Source: a virus
Lineage: Duplodnaviria > Caudoviricetes
Reading direction: 5' to 3' (one strand)
DNA length: 25,365 bases
Virus record (IMG/VR): IMGVR_UViG_3300005611_000177
Span: 1 to 25,365 of that record
Positions 17,685-25,365 of the stretch are shown here, one piece after another (position 1 is the first letter of the stretch; the number at the start of each line of letters is the position of its first letter). Both the position numbers and the translations under genes were made by a program. The notes under the pieces are model-generated. The model was not told the DNA's origin, did not search any database, and was given only the letters and a program-made list of their open reading frames with translations.

Positions 17685-18040
17685 CAGAGCGCCTCCTCGA
17701 GCTCGACCTCGATGGACCAGAGCCCGTCAGCCTGCGCCCGCGTCTCGAGGTTCCGGAACCGGACCTTGATCGGCTCCTGCTCACCAGGCGCGAGGTAGGT
17801 CATGTAGCGCGTGCCGCCCTGGGCCTTGCCCCAGAGGTACAGCATCTCCTCGCGCTCGCCCCGCGTCGCAGCAGGGATCGAGTAGCTGTGCGTCCCACGG
17901 CTCCGGCTGTAGAGCGCCTTGCCTCCGGAGAAGCCGGCCTCGACCGTCGTGCCGACGAACGACGCGAGCTCCTCGACGATCGCGACATCGGGCGGGATGC
18001 ACCCAGGCCGGAACTCGATGGGCTGCTGGTAGTCAGGCAT
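17684..18040 (-). CDS. Small virion protein, distal-tail (gpM-like) paralogue (118 aa)
   Basis: TGATG-coupled at both ends. Aligns without gaps over 39 aa to the C-terminal domain of 9466-11637 and ends in ELEEAL (compare ELVEVF). Confidence 0.65.
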   Translation of the reverse strand: MPDYQQPIEFRPGCIPPDVAIVEELASFVGTTVEAGFSGGKALYSRSRGTHSYSIPAATRGEREEMLYLWGKAQGGTRYMTYLAPGEQEPIKVRFRNLETRAQADGLWSIEVELEEAL

Positions 18041-18681
18041 CAGCGCCCTCCGTTGATAGCAGCCACCGCGTCGTTCACCGCGCTCTTGATCCGACGCTTG
18101 CGGTCGGCGTCAACGCGCCCGCTGCGCCAAGTCTCGCGGAACCCGAGGCGATCAGGGATCCGCACCGGACCCTTCGTCAGCCAGAACATCGGCTTGTCGC
18201 TGCGCTCGCTCTTGCCCGTGCGGAGGAAGATGCCCATCCCCTTCTTCACGACCTGATCGCCCTTGGCCGAGATCAGAGCGCCGACGCTCTCGTAGCGGAC
18301 ACGACCGCCGGCGGTGTAGTTGCCCGACGCCGGGATCGTGAGGTGCTTCGCTCGCTTCGGGCGGATGACCGCGCCGTACTCCTGGGCGAAGACATAGTTG
18401 CGGGTGCGCCCGTCGCCGACGGTGCCCTGGAGCTGGAGCCCGTCGAGCTGCGTGCCGACGACCTTCGAGTTGAGGCTCTGGATCAGCGCACCGCTCCGAC
18501 GCGACAGGACATCGGTCGGGTTGTATTCGCTCCACGGGCGGCTCATGCGAGCCTCCATGCGCTCCTCGAAGAACTGCCCGTGCTCCTTGAGCGCGACGGC
18601 GATCCTAGTACGGAAGCGGCTCGGAGCACGCTTCATCGCGTTCCGAGCCTGAGAGGTGTCGATCTTGAAGTCGAACTTCAA
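18040..18681 (-). CDS. Neck/tail-completion protein, HK97 gp10 / Mu gpG-like (213 aa)
   Basis: TTG start overlapping the upstream TGA; basic protein with RRSGALIQSL and YVFAQEYGAVIRPKRAKHLTIP motifs. Confidence 0.78.
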   Translation of the reverse strand: MKFDFKIDTSQARNAMKRAPSRFRTRIAVALKEHGQFFEERMEARMSRPWSEYNPTDVLSRRSGALIQSLNSKVVGTQLDGLQLQGTVGDGRTRNYVFAQEYGAVIRPKRAKHLTIPASGNYTAGGRVRYESVGALISAKGDQVVKKGMGIFLRTGKSERSDKPMFWLTKGPVRIPDRLGFRETWRSGRVDADRKRRIKSAVNDAVAAINGGR

Positions 18682-19286
18682 CCGCGCCTCGCGTACTGAT
18701 CCAGGATGGCCCTAACCTCGGACTGGAGGCCGTACTCGCTGCGGAACTCCGTCGAGCCCGCCATCGTCCGCACATCGCCGCCCAGGCTGTCGCGGCGCTG
18801 GAACAGGTACTTCGCCTGCATCGCGGCGGCGTGGCTGATCTCCGGGAACCCAGACACGACGGCAGCAGCGTCAGCGCCGAGCCCGCCGGTGTAGGTCACG
18901 CGGAAGTAGTTGTTCTTGAAGACCGGGCCGAAGAGCAGCCGAATCCAGCCCCCCCGGCTGTGTACGACATACTCGTCGGTCCCGGTGTCCTGTACATTGG
19001 TGAAGTCGGTGTCGGCGTGGTACTTGAGCGACGACACCGCAGTCACCGGCCTCGAGTCGAGCGTCACGACGCGCTCGAAGCGACGGCCCTCGTAGGTCTC
19101 GGTGCGCTCCGCGCTGAGGGTGTGGAAGCCGAGGTACTGCGTGCAGCGGTCGCTGACCTCCGCGATCAGCGACGAGATCAGCGTATCCAGCGAGGTGTCC
19201 GTCTCGCTGGCGTCGATGAGCTGCTTGACCTCTGCCAGCGTCGTCAGATCGACGGACTGGAGCTTCGTTCCCTCGAGCGCGGGCAT
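18678..19286 (-). CDS. Head-tail adaptor (HK97 gp6 / phiE125 gp8-like, 202 aa)
   Basis: Motifs: DLTTLAEVKQLI...D.LISSLI...Y.G...RPVTAVSSL...VTYTGG...PEI..A...EVRAILDQY. Confidence 0.88.
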   Translation of the reverse strand: MPALEGTKLQSVDLTTLAEVKQLIDASETDTSLDTLISSLIAEVSDRCTQYLGFHTLSAERTETYEGRRFERVVTLDSRPVTAVSSLKYHADTDFTNVQDTGTDEYVVHSRGGWIRLLFGPVFKNNYFRVTYTGGLGADAAAVVSGFPEISHAAAMQAKYLFQRRDSLGGDVRTMAGSTEFRSEYGLQSEVRAILDQYARRG

Positions 19287-19519
19287 CAGACCTCGAGCTC
19301 CTCCTCGTCGTCAGCGACCTCGATCGGCAGCGGCGGGAGCTCCTCGACCACGGGCTCCTCGGCCTTCGCCTCAAGGAGATGCTCCGGGACCAGCAGGAAC
19401 GCCGCCGGGTTCGCCTTGTAGATCGGCGAGTCGGTGGTGCAGATGTAGCCGTAGCTGTAGGTCTGCCCGTCGACGACATGGCAGAAGCCCTTGCGGACGG
19501 TGACTTGCTGTGCAGACAT
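19286..19519 (-). CDS. Small hypothetical protein with acidic tail (77 aa; alternative start 19549)
   Basis: GGAGG-N5-ATG at 19519 (MSAQQVTVRKGF...); stop overlaps the adaptor start (TGATG). Confidence 0.65.
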   Translation of the reverse strand: MSAQQVTVRKGFCHVVDGQTYSYGYICTTDSPIYKANPAAFLLVPEHLLEAKAEEPVVEELPPLPIEVADDEEELEV

Positions 19520-19548
19520 AGGGGCCTCCATTCGGTGCTGGTAGGTCA

Positions 19549-19953
19549 TCAGACGATGGTGGTGTCGGCCTGTGTCTCGGTGGAGCGAACCTTGTCGCCC
19601 ATCTTGAGCCAGGCGCCGGTCATCGAGTGCGCGGTCTTCGTGGTCGAGAAGTCGGCCCGAAGGTAGCGGCCATGCTTGCGACGCTCGACGATCCAGGTCC
19701 GGCGGCCAGTCTCACGCCCGCTGGTCGAAATGGTGACTGAGCTGCCGGCCACATCGGACCAGGAGAGCTTGTCGTCGCTCTCTTGGATCTTGACGGTCGT
19801 CTCCTTGTCGCCGGTCGCAGAGTAGTAGGTGGCGACGAGGATCAGCGTCTCGTGATCGCCGGCGACGATGCCGTTCGTCTGGAACGGAACCGCGTCGTCC
19901 GCGTCCTTGGCGTACTCGGTGCGGATGTCTCCGATGTAGTCGTGGCGAACCAT
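19549..19953 (-). CDS. Putative capsid decoration/cement-like jelly-roll protein, paralogue 2 (134 aa)
   Basis: VKIQESDD..WSDVAG...GRYLRA motif, shared with 20415-20822; TGATG-coupled start. Confidence 0.65.
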   Translation of the reverse strand: MVRHDYIGDIRTEYAKDADDAVPFQTNGIVAGDHETLILVATYYSATGDKETTVKIQESDDKLSWSDVAGSSVTISTSGRETGRRTWIVERRKHGRYLRADFSTTKTAHSMTGAWLKMGDKVRSTETQADTTIV

Positions 19954-20336
19954 CAGTCCTCTTCCTCAGTCGTGGGCTTCGGCGACGCCTTGCGCTTCGG
20001 CTTCGCCTTGATTCCGGGCAGGGTGTCGAGGTCGATGCCCGACGCTTTCACATCGGCTTCGACCTTGGTCGGTGCAGGCTTGCCGGCAGCGGCACGCTGA
20101 GCAGCCTCGATGCGCGAGAGCAGGACTCGAGGAGTCTGCGCAATGCTGCTGCACGCGGACAGGCTCTCGACCTTCTTGAGCTTGTGCCACTGGCCCTCGA
20201 CGAAGGCGCGGAGCTCGGGGTCGGAGAGATCGACGCCCCAGCCAGCCTTGGCCCAGAGCTTCGCCGTCTCGCGTTGGACATTCGGGACATGAAGGGCGTA
20301 TCCGGCCTTCACGGTGTAGAAGTGGGTTTCAGGCAT
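19953..20336 (-). CDS. Hypothetical protein with K/P/A-rich C-terminus (127 aa)
   Basis: GGAG RBS upstream of ATG 20336; stop coupled to the next gene; codon usage matches the operon. Confidence 0.7.
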   Translation of the reverse strand: MPETHFYTVKAGYALHVPNVQRETAKLWAKAGWGVDLSDPELRAFVEGQWHKLKKVESLSACSSIAQTPRVLLSRIEAAQRAAAGKPAPTKVEADVKASGIDLDTLPGIKAKPKRKASPKPTTEEED

Positions 20337-20368
20337 CGTAGGTCGTCTCCGTTGATGTTGTGGGGCGA

Positions 20369-20402
20369 GGGCCGGCGAGCTCGAGTCAGAACCCGCCGGC
20401 CC
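20369..20402 (-). terminator. GC-rich hairpin downstream of capsid + decoration genes (terminator or mRNA stabiliser)
   Basis: Minus strand GGGCCGGCGGGTTC-TGACTC-GAGCTCGCCGGCCC, a 14-bp stem with 2 G-U pairs and no U-tract. Confidence 0.65.
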
Positions 20403-20414
20403 CCTCAGTCACGC

Positions 20415-20822
20415 TCAGACCACCGCGTCGGGGGCCGTGGCGTAGTTGCTGGTGTTGATGCCGTTGGTCAGCACACAGACAGCGGCGAGGTCGACGACAC
20501 CGGTCGCGACCGCGCCAGCCTTGACGCGGAGGTAACGCTCCGTGCCCTCCAGCTTGACGGCGACGACCTTGGTGCTGTCGTCGTCGGTAGCGGTCACGCC
20601 AACAGTGGCACCGGAGACATCGGCAGGCGAGCTCATGCCGCTGACGCTATCGCTCTCGATCTGGAGAGTGTAGGTGCCAGCCGAGTCGCCGACCGCCAGG
20701 ACGAAGACCGCGTACTGGTAGCCAGCGCAGTCGATGGTGTCGCCAGCGCCAACAGCGCCGACCGCGTAAGCCTCGGGATCGAGGGCTTTCACGAACTTGC
20801 TCGAGGAGAATCCGTCAGACAT
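20415..20822 (-). CDS. Putative capsid decoration/cement-like jelly-roll protein, paralogue 1 (135 aa)
   Basis: Strong RBS AGGAGGA; directly after the capsid gene. Motif G.TIDCAGY..AVF...VG...LQIESD...DVSGA...G.ERYLRV. Confidence 0.72.
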   Translation of the reverse strand: MSDGFSSSKFVKALDPEAYAVGAVGAGDTIDCAGYQYAVFVLAVGDSAGTYTLQIESDSVSGMSSPADVSGATVGVTATDDDSTKVVAVKLEGTERYLRVKAGAVATGVVDLAAVCVLTNGINTSNYATAPDAVV

Positions 20823-20840
20823 TTCTAGTTCCTCCTAGGG

Positions 20841-22049
20841 TCACAGAGTGGACAGGTCGATGCCGTTCTCGATGCAGAATGCACCCGGCTGGGTCACGAT
20901 GACATCCATGTCCATGTAGGCCACGATGTGCGTCTGACGCTTGCTGAGAGCGTCGTCGGCGACATTGGAAGCCTCGACGGACAGGTTGCCCCACTGGCAG
21001 AGGATCGCCTTCTCCCAGTTGCCGAAGATGACTTCGCCGGTCGCACCGCCAGAGCCAGAGTCGAGCTGGGTGGAGGTGCGGAAGTTGTAGCCGAGGATCT
21101 GCTGCTCGGCAGCGGCAGAGAACACTCGCGAGGCGAGGTTCACATCGGTGCCAGCGTTGTCCACCTGCATCTGACGAAGAGCCCGCATGGCGCGGGGGTG
21201 GAGACACCAGCCAAGAGCGCCAGCGCCCTCGAGCCCGTCAGCCTCGGCGACCAGGCCCTCCATCTTGAGGAGGTCGGTGTAGCCAGCGGTGGTGAGCCAG
21301 GAACCCGCACCACCGAGGTCATTGACTCCGGTGGTGTTCAGGATGCCGGTCGGCTGACCCGCAGCGCCGGTGCCCTTGAGGATCCACTGGTTCATCGTCA
21401 GCGCGATCTCCTCAGCCATGCGGCGACGGATGAACGCCTCAGCGCCGGTGCCCATCGACAGGAAGCGACGGCTGGCCTTGATGTACGACTGCGCGGTGTG
21501 CGGAGTCGCGATCAGGGAACCGAACGCCATGTCGGCAGCGGTGTTGGCGGTGTTCTCCGCAACGGGATCGACCGTCGGAGCGGTGGTCTCGGTCGGGATC
21601 TCGACCGGGGAACCCATCGCCTGGAGCTCGGTCACACCCAGCTCCATCGCCACGACGCGAGGACGCAGCAGAGGGATGATCTCCTCGTCGAAGACCTGGG
21701 TCGGAACCAGGAAGCCACCCGCAGTGTCGGGCGTGGTGCCCATGTCGCGGATCTCCTCCGACATCGCCCACTCCATCGGGGCCTCGCGCTCGTAGGCGTG
21801 AGGACCCTTGGCGAGGGCACGGAAGACACGGCCCATGTTGTAGGCCTCGCCGTCGTGAGTCTCCTCAGCGCCGGGGAGATCGTGGGAAGGACGCTGGATG
21901 GAATCCATCCGCGCCTCGAACGAGGCCAGGCGCTCGTTCATCACCTTCTGGGCCTCGTCCACGCTGGACAGGCCACGCTGCACGGCGTTCGAGAGAGCCT
22001 CCTCGAGGGTCTTCTCGAACTCCGCACGCTTCTCGCTGTGGTCAGACAT
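20841..22049 (-). CDS. Major capsid protein, HK97 fold, with N-terminal delta/scaffold region (402 aa)
   Basis: ATG 22049 (MSDHSEK...) with AAGGA RBS. Motifs: AGGFLVPTQ, ILKGTGAAGQPTGIL, ILGY, IFGNW, D..V..P.AF; coiled-coil N-terminus. Confidence 0.96.
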   Translation of the reverse strand: MSDHSEKRAEFEKTLEEALSNAVQRGLSSVDEAQKVMNERLASFEARMDSIQRPSHDLPGAEETHDGEAYNMGRVFRALAKGPHAYEREAPMEWAMSEEIRDMGTTPDTAGGFLVPTQVFDEEIIPLLRPRVVAMELGVTELQAMGSPVEIPTETTAPTVDPVAENTANTAADMAFGSLIATPHTAQSYIKASRRFLSMGTGAEAFIRRRMAEEIALTMNQWILKGTGAAGQPTGILNTTGVNDLGGAGSWLTTAGYTDLLKMEGLVAEADGLEGAGALGWCLHPRAMRALRQMQVDNAGTDVNLASRVFSAAAEQQILGYNFRTSTQLDSGSGGATGEVIFGNWEKAILCQWGNLSVEASNVADDALSKRQTHIVAYMDMDVIVTQPGAFCIENGIDLSTL

Positions 22050-22080
22050 TGAAGTCCTTGGGGTTTGAGTGTCGGAAGCC

Positions 22081-23109
22081 TCAGAAGGCTTCCAGGTAAA
22101 GGTCAAACAGGTCGGGCTGCTCGTTGCGGGCAACGATGCCCGTGTCCTCCTCGCCCATAGAAAGAGAAAGACCCTCGAGCTGCGCGATGCGCTTCTCGAG
22201 GTGCGCGTTGATGAGCTCGAGCCGCTCGATCGCATCGACCAGGCGCTCGTGCTCGACGGAGGTGGAGGCCGACTCCCCCTGGTCGCCGGCCTCCGATCTC
22301 TCCGACTCAGCAGCATCTTCAACGATGCTGCCGTGCTGCTCCGGCTCGGCGTCGATGCCCGACCAGAACTGGCGGGCCTCGATCTGCTGGCCGAGGTACT
22401 CGTGGCGGAACTCGGCGACGAGCTCGCGGTCGTAGCGACCCTCCTCGATGGCCGAGCGCAGGAACGCCTCGACACCATCGGCGTCAGCCGCACGCATCTT
22501 CACCGCGTCGGGGTCCATGCCCACCGGCACCGCGCTGAACTCGACAAGCTGGGCCTTCTCGATGATCGAGCTAAACTCGTTCACATTCGCGATGCTCTTC
22601 ATCTCGCGATCCGTCGGCTTGCGGGCCTGAAGCACATTGAAGCCGACAGAGCCGCCCGGCATGAAGCCGTGCTCCACCATGTCGTGGATCATGTCGTTGA
22701 ACTCCGACAGACCCTCGGGAGTGAACTCGGCGTCGCCGGCGAGCACTCGACCGTAGGGCATTGAGTCCTTCTTGACCTTGTTCATACGGCCCAGAGGCGG
22801 ACGGTTCTCGGCGACATTGTGGCCGAACAGGAACGGCTGCTGGCGCTTCTTGAAGTCGTCGAGGTCCCAGCCGTTGACCTTCACCACATCGCGGAAGAAG
22901 CCCACCGCGTTCTCGGTGCTCATCACATAGCGGAAGGTGCGCTCGCCCTTCGCCTCGGGCTTGTCCTTCATCGCTCGGCGATGCGTGATGCCCTCGCCGA
23001 CCCGCATCTTGCGGAAGTCTTCCGGGTCGATGTTCAGCGACCGCAGGTCGTCGAGCGTAAGCTCGCCGGCCTCCAGCTTCGTCTTGGCTTCTTGGAACTT
23101 GCTCATCAC
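22081..23109 (-). CDS. HK97-family prohead maturation protease (342 aa)
   Basis: Motifs: MSTE...DVV...GWDLDDF...FLFGHN...PLGR...GGSVGF...LVEFSAVPVGMDPDA (His/Ser catalytic motifs); lies between portal and capsid; acidic/coiled-coil C-terminal tail. Confidence 0.93.
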   Translation of the reverse strand: MMSKFQEAKTKLEAGELTLDDLRSLNIDPEDFRKMRVGEGITHRRAMKDKPEAKGERTFRYVMSTENAVGFFRDVVKVNGWDLDDFKKRQQPFLFGHNVAENRPPLGRMNKVKKDSMPYGRVLAGDAEFTPEGLSEFNDMIHDMVEHGFMPGGSVGFNVLQARKPTDREMKSIANVNEFSSIIEKAQLVEFSAVPVGMDPDAVKMRAADADGVEAFLRSAIEEGRYDRELVAEFRHEYLGQQIEARQFWSGIDAEPEQHGSIVEDAAESERSEAGDQGESASTSVEHERLVDAIERLELINAHLEKRIAQLEGLSLSMGEEDTGIVARNEQPDLFDLYLEAF

Positions 23110-25365
23110 TCAGGCTTGGCGTACTCCGCCGCGAAGAAGCGGCAGCGACAGTTGACGACCTCAGCAGCGTTCGCCGCCTGCGGGTCTTGAGGGAAGCGGA
23201 GGCCGTTGGAGAAGGTCGAGCCCATCTCGATGATGTCCCCGTCGAGCGCGATGTGCGACGGGCGCACCGCCTCGTCCTTGGCCGAGCTCCAGCGGATCTT
23301 CGTGACGCCGCTCCGCTGGTACTGGCTGAACCGCGCCGTGTTCGACGCGATCCCCGTCTCCGTCTGCACGATCGTCGCGGCCCGAGCTTCCTTGGTCCCG
23401 AAGACCTGGCGGAGCTCGTCGGTCAGCGCCGGCAGCTCGTCCTTCACCAGCTCGCGCAGGCTCTTCGCCGCGTCGGCACCGGAGAGGCCCTTGGTCAGGA
23501 CATTCTTCACCCGGTTCGACAGCCTCGAGGTCACGCCCTCGACGAGCCGCGTCTTCTGCGAGGTCAGCGCCTCGATGACGCTGGCGTCGCTCATCGTGAG
23601 CAGGCTGCCTCCGACTTCGCCGTGCGCCTCGGCGATGGCCTGAGCCCAGACCTCGCGGAGAGCGGTGCGGACCTCGCGCTCGAGCGCGGCAGCCCAGACC
23701 GAGTTCTCAAGGAGCAGCGCGTCGAATGCCTCGTCGCTGATGCCCTCCGGATCGAAGACCTCATCGACGACATCCCGCAGGTGTTCGGCGACCGTCGCCC
23801 GGCCACCGTTGGCGACCTTGCGGAGATGCGCGAGCTGCGCCGTCTCGTACCGCTCGAACCAGCGGGCGACGCGCTTCTGGAACGGCTCGAGCAGCGCCTC
23901 GATCGCCGGCGAGAACTCTCGACGCTCGGCAGCCTCGCCGCAGCGGCAGGACTTCTCGCACATGTCGATAGCCACCGCGACGACCTGATCGTTCTGCCAC
24001 TCAGGGTTCTCGTCCGCGATCTCGCTGATCTTGCGGTCGAGGCAGTCCCGACGCGACTCGCCGGACTGGCGGCACGGAGGGCTGCGGACCTGCTCCGGCT
24101 CCGGATCGCCGTCGTCCTCGGCGCGGAAGGCGTCCACGATCTCGGCTGCTCGAGCGACCGCCTCGGCGGGGGCCATGCTGCCGGCAACGACATCGGACAG
24201 CAGCGCCTTCGCTCGAGCACGGTCCAGCGGGAAGCTGGCGACGATGATCTCCTCGGCGCTCGACTTCGGGATCTCGCCCGTTGCCACCGCGATCACGATG
24301 TCCTTGAGCGCCGTGACCTGGGCACCGTTGAGCGACTCCATCGGGGCCGCAGCCTCTTCGCCCGCTTCCTCCTCGCGGAGTTCGGTGAGGCTCGAGATGA
24401 CCCACTTCCGGTCGCCCTCCTCGAAGGGATCGACCTCGACGCCGAGACGGTTGAGCATCTCGTTCGCCGTGATCCCGACGCCCTGGGCCGCGATCTCCGA
24501 GGCGAGCTTGAGCTTGTCGCTCACATCGTCCTGGAGCACCTCGACCTGCCCGCTGTCGAACACCGGCACCAGCTCGCTGACGCCAGGCAGCAGGCGCTCG
24601 AGGCGCGGCAGCAGCTTGTATTCGATCACATCCGCCGTCATCTCCGCGAGCGACAGGATCCCGTTCGGACCCGTCCACATCTCGCGGTGAGCGGTCTGGA
24701 CATTGTTGTAGGTCGCAGCGTCGTAGATCCCGACCACCGGACCAGGCACGCCGAGCGCGGACAGGATCGAGTCCCGGAGCCACGCGCTCAGGTTCTCGTA
24801 GGCCATGTCCGACGGCTTGACCGGGTTCGGCATGAACTTAGCCCCACGGTCCAGGACCTTGATCCGGCGAGCGTTCTCGGCGTTGCCGAACTCGTCCTCA
24901 GCCGCAGCCTGCCGGCGCTCGAGCTCGTCGATCCCGAGCTTCTCCTCGAAGATCAGGAAGCCACCGGGATCGCCGTTGTTCCGCACCGCCCCGTCCATGT
25001 AGCGGAACGCCTGGAAGTAGAGATCGACCTCCCGCATCACCGCCCGGACATCGCCGAGGCCGCGCACGAGGTTGTAGGGGTCGTAGTCCCGGAACTGGAT
25101 GACCGCAGCCTCGGGCCAGGTCAGGCTCTCCCCGCCGCGCTTGACGCTGTAGCGGAAGGCCACCGGCCAGCCGGACTTGCCGACCCGGTGCTCCACGAGC
25201 TCGCCGCGCACCGGGATGATCTGGGCCGGCATCTCGAGGAGCTGCTGGCTCGCCTCGTCGACGCGCACCGGCAAACCCTGCTCGTTCGCCAGGAAACAGA
25301 AGGACTCGCCGTCCAGCTTGTAGCTCGTCGCGTGCGACTGCCAGAGCTCCCCGCCCGCCCTGTGG
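23106..25365 (-). CDS. HK97-family portal protein fused to a Mu gpF/SPP1 gp7-like head morphogenesis domain; 5' end beyond window
   Basis: Frame stays open to the window edge (HRAGGELWQSHATSYKLDGESFCF). Portal motifs: RGLG, NNGDPGGFL, ENARRIKVLDRG, ALGVP..VG...ATYNN, TANE. C-terminal RAATIVQTET...WSSAKDEAVRPSH..LDG...VNCRC. Confidence 0.93.
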   Translation of the reverse strand, partial: HRAGGELWQSHATSYKLDGESFCFLANEQGLPVRVDEASQQLLEMPAQIIPVRGELVEHRVGKSGWPVAFRYSVKRGGESLTWPEAAVIQFRDYDPYNLVRGLGDVRAVMREVDLYFQAFRYMDGAVRNNGDPGGFLIFEEKLGIDELERRQAAAEDEFGNAENARRIKVLDRGAKFMPNPVKPSDMAYENLSAWLRDSILSALGVPGPVVGIYDAATYNNVQTAHREMWTGPNGILSLAEMTADVIEYKLLPRLERLLPGVSELVPVFDSGQVEVLQDDVSDKLKLASEIAAQGVGITANEMLNRLGVEVDPFEEGDRKWVISSLTELREEEAGEEAAAPMESLNGAQVTALKDIVIAVATGEIPKSSAEEIIVASFPLDRARAKALLSDVVAGSMAPAEAVARAAEIVDAFRAEDDGDPEPEQVRSPPCRQSGESRRDCLDRKISEIADENPEWQNDQVVAVAIDMCEKSCRCGEAAERREFSPAIEALLEPFQKRVARWFERYETAQLAHLRKVANGGRATVAEHLRDVVDEVFDPEGISDEAFDALLLENSVWAAALEREVRTALREVWAQAIAEAHGEVGGSLLTMSDASVIEALTSQKTRLVEGVTSRLSNRVKNVLTKGLSGADAAKSLRELVKDELPALTDELRQVFGTKEARAATIVQTETGIASNTARFSQYQRSGVTKIRWSSAKDEAVRPSHIALDGDIIEMGSTFSNGLRFPQDPQAANAAEVVNCRCRFFAAEYAKPE

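Noticed and set aside
22050-22493. Capsid frame stays open 148 codons upstream into the protease gene, with CTT TCT CTT TCT as a possible +1 slip site
   Set aside because: The extension is Ser/Arg-rich off-frame sequence, open alternative frames are common at this GC, and the capsid gene has its own RBS and ATG at 22049.
2893-25365. Gene transfer agent or contractile injection system
   Set aside because: There is no sheath or baseplate wedge gene. The long tape measure and lambda-like L/K/I-J tip fit an ordinary siphovirus, and host flanks are not visible.
1-25365. Apparent absence of TTAA
   Set aside because: TAA itself is very rare in this GC-rich window, so only a few copies are expected; not significant.

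Overview
The window is one contiguous, minus-strand virion morphogenesis operon of a GC-rich (roughly two-thirds GC by eye) siphovirus-type tailed phage or prophage, truncated at both ends. Gene order in the direction of transcription: portal fused to a Mu gpF/SPP1 gp7-like domain (5' truncated), HK97-type prohead protease, HK97-fold major capsid, two paralogous jelly-roll-like decoration candidates plus two small unknowns, head-tail adaptor, HK97 gp10-like neck protein, a small extra distal-tail-like protein, tail terminator, tail tube with inserted domains, tail assembly chaperones G/GT (-1 frameshift), tape measure, enlarged distal tail protein, lambda gpL-like, NlpC/P60, a 1826-aa gpI+gpJ-like tail tip, a conserved hypothetical, and a 3'-truncated fibre/spike gene (2477 to the window start) that the ORF track missed. 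No sheath, lysis, integrase, tRNA or CRISPR feature was seen. Most notable: no ACGT tetramer found anywhere in 25 kb; a Cys-rich, DnaJ-like zinc finger in the frameshifted chaperone; a duplicated Dit-like domain; and an APDG-repeat module shared between fibre and tail tip. All family calls come from motif recognition and synteny, not from database searches.
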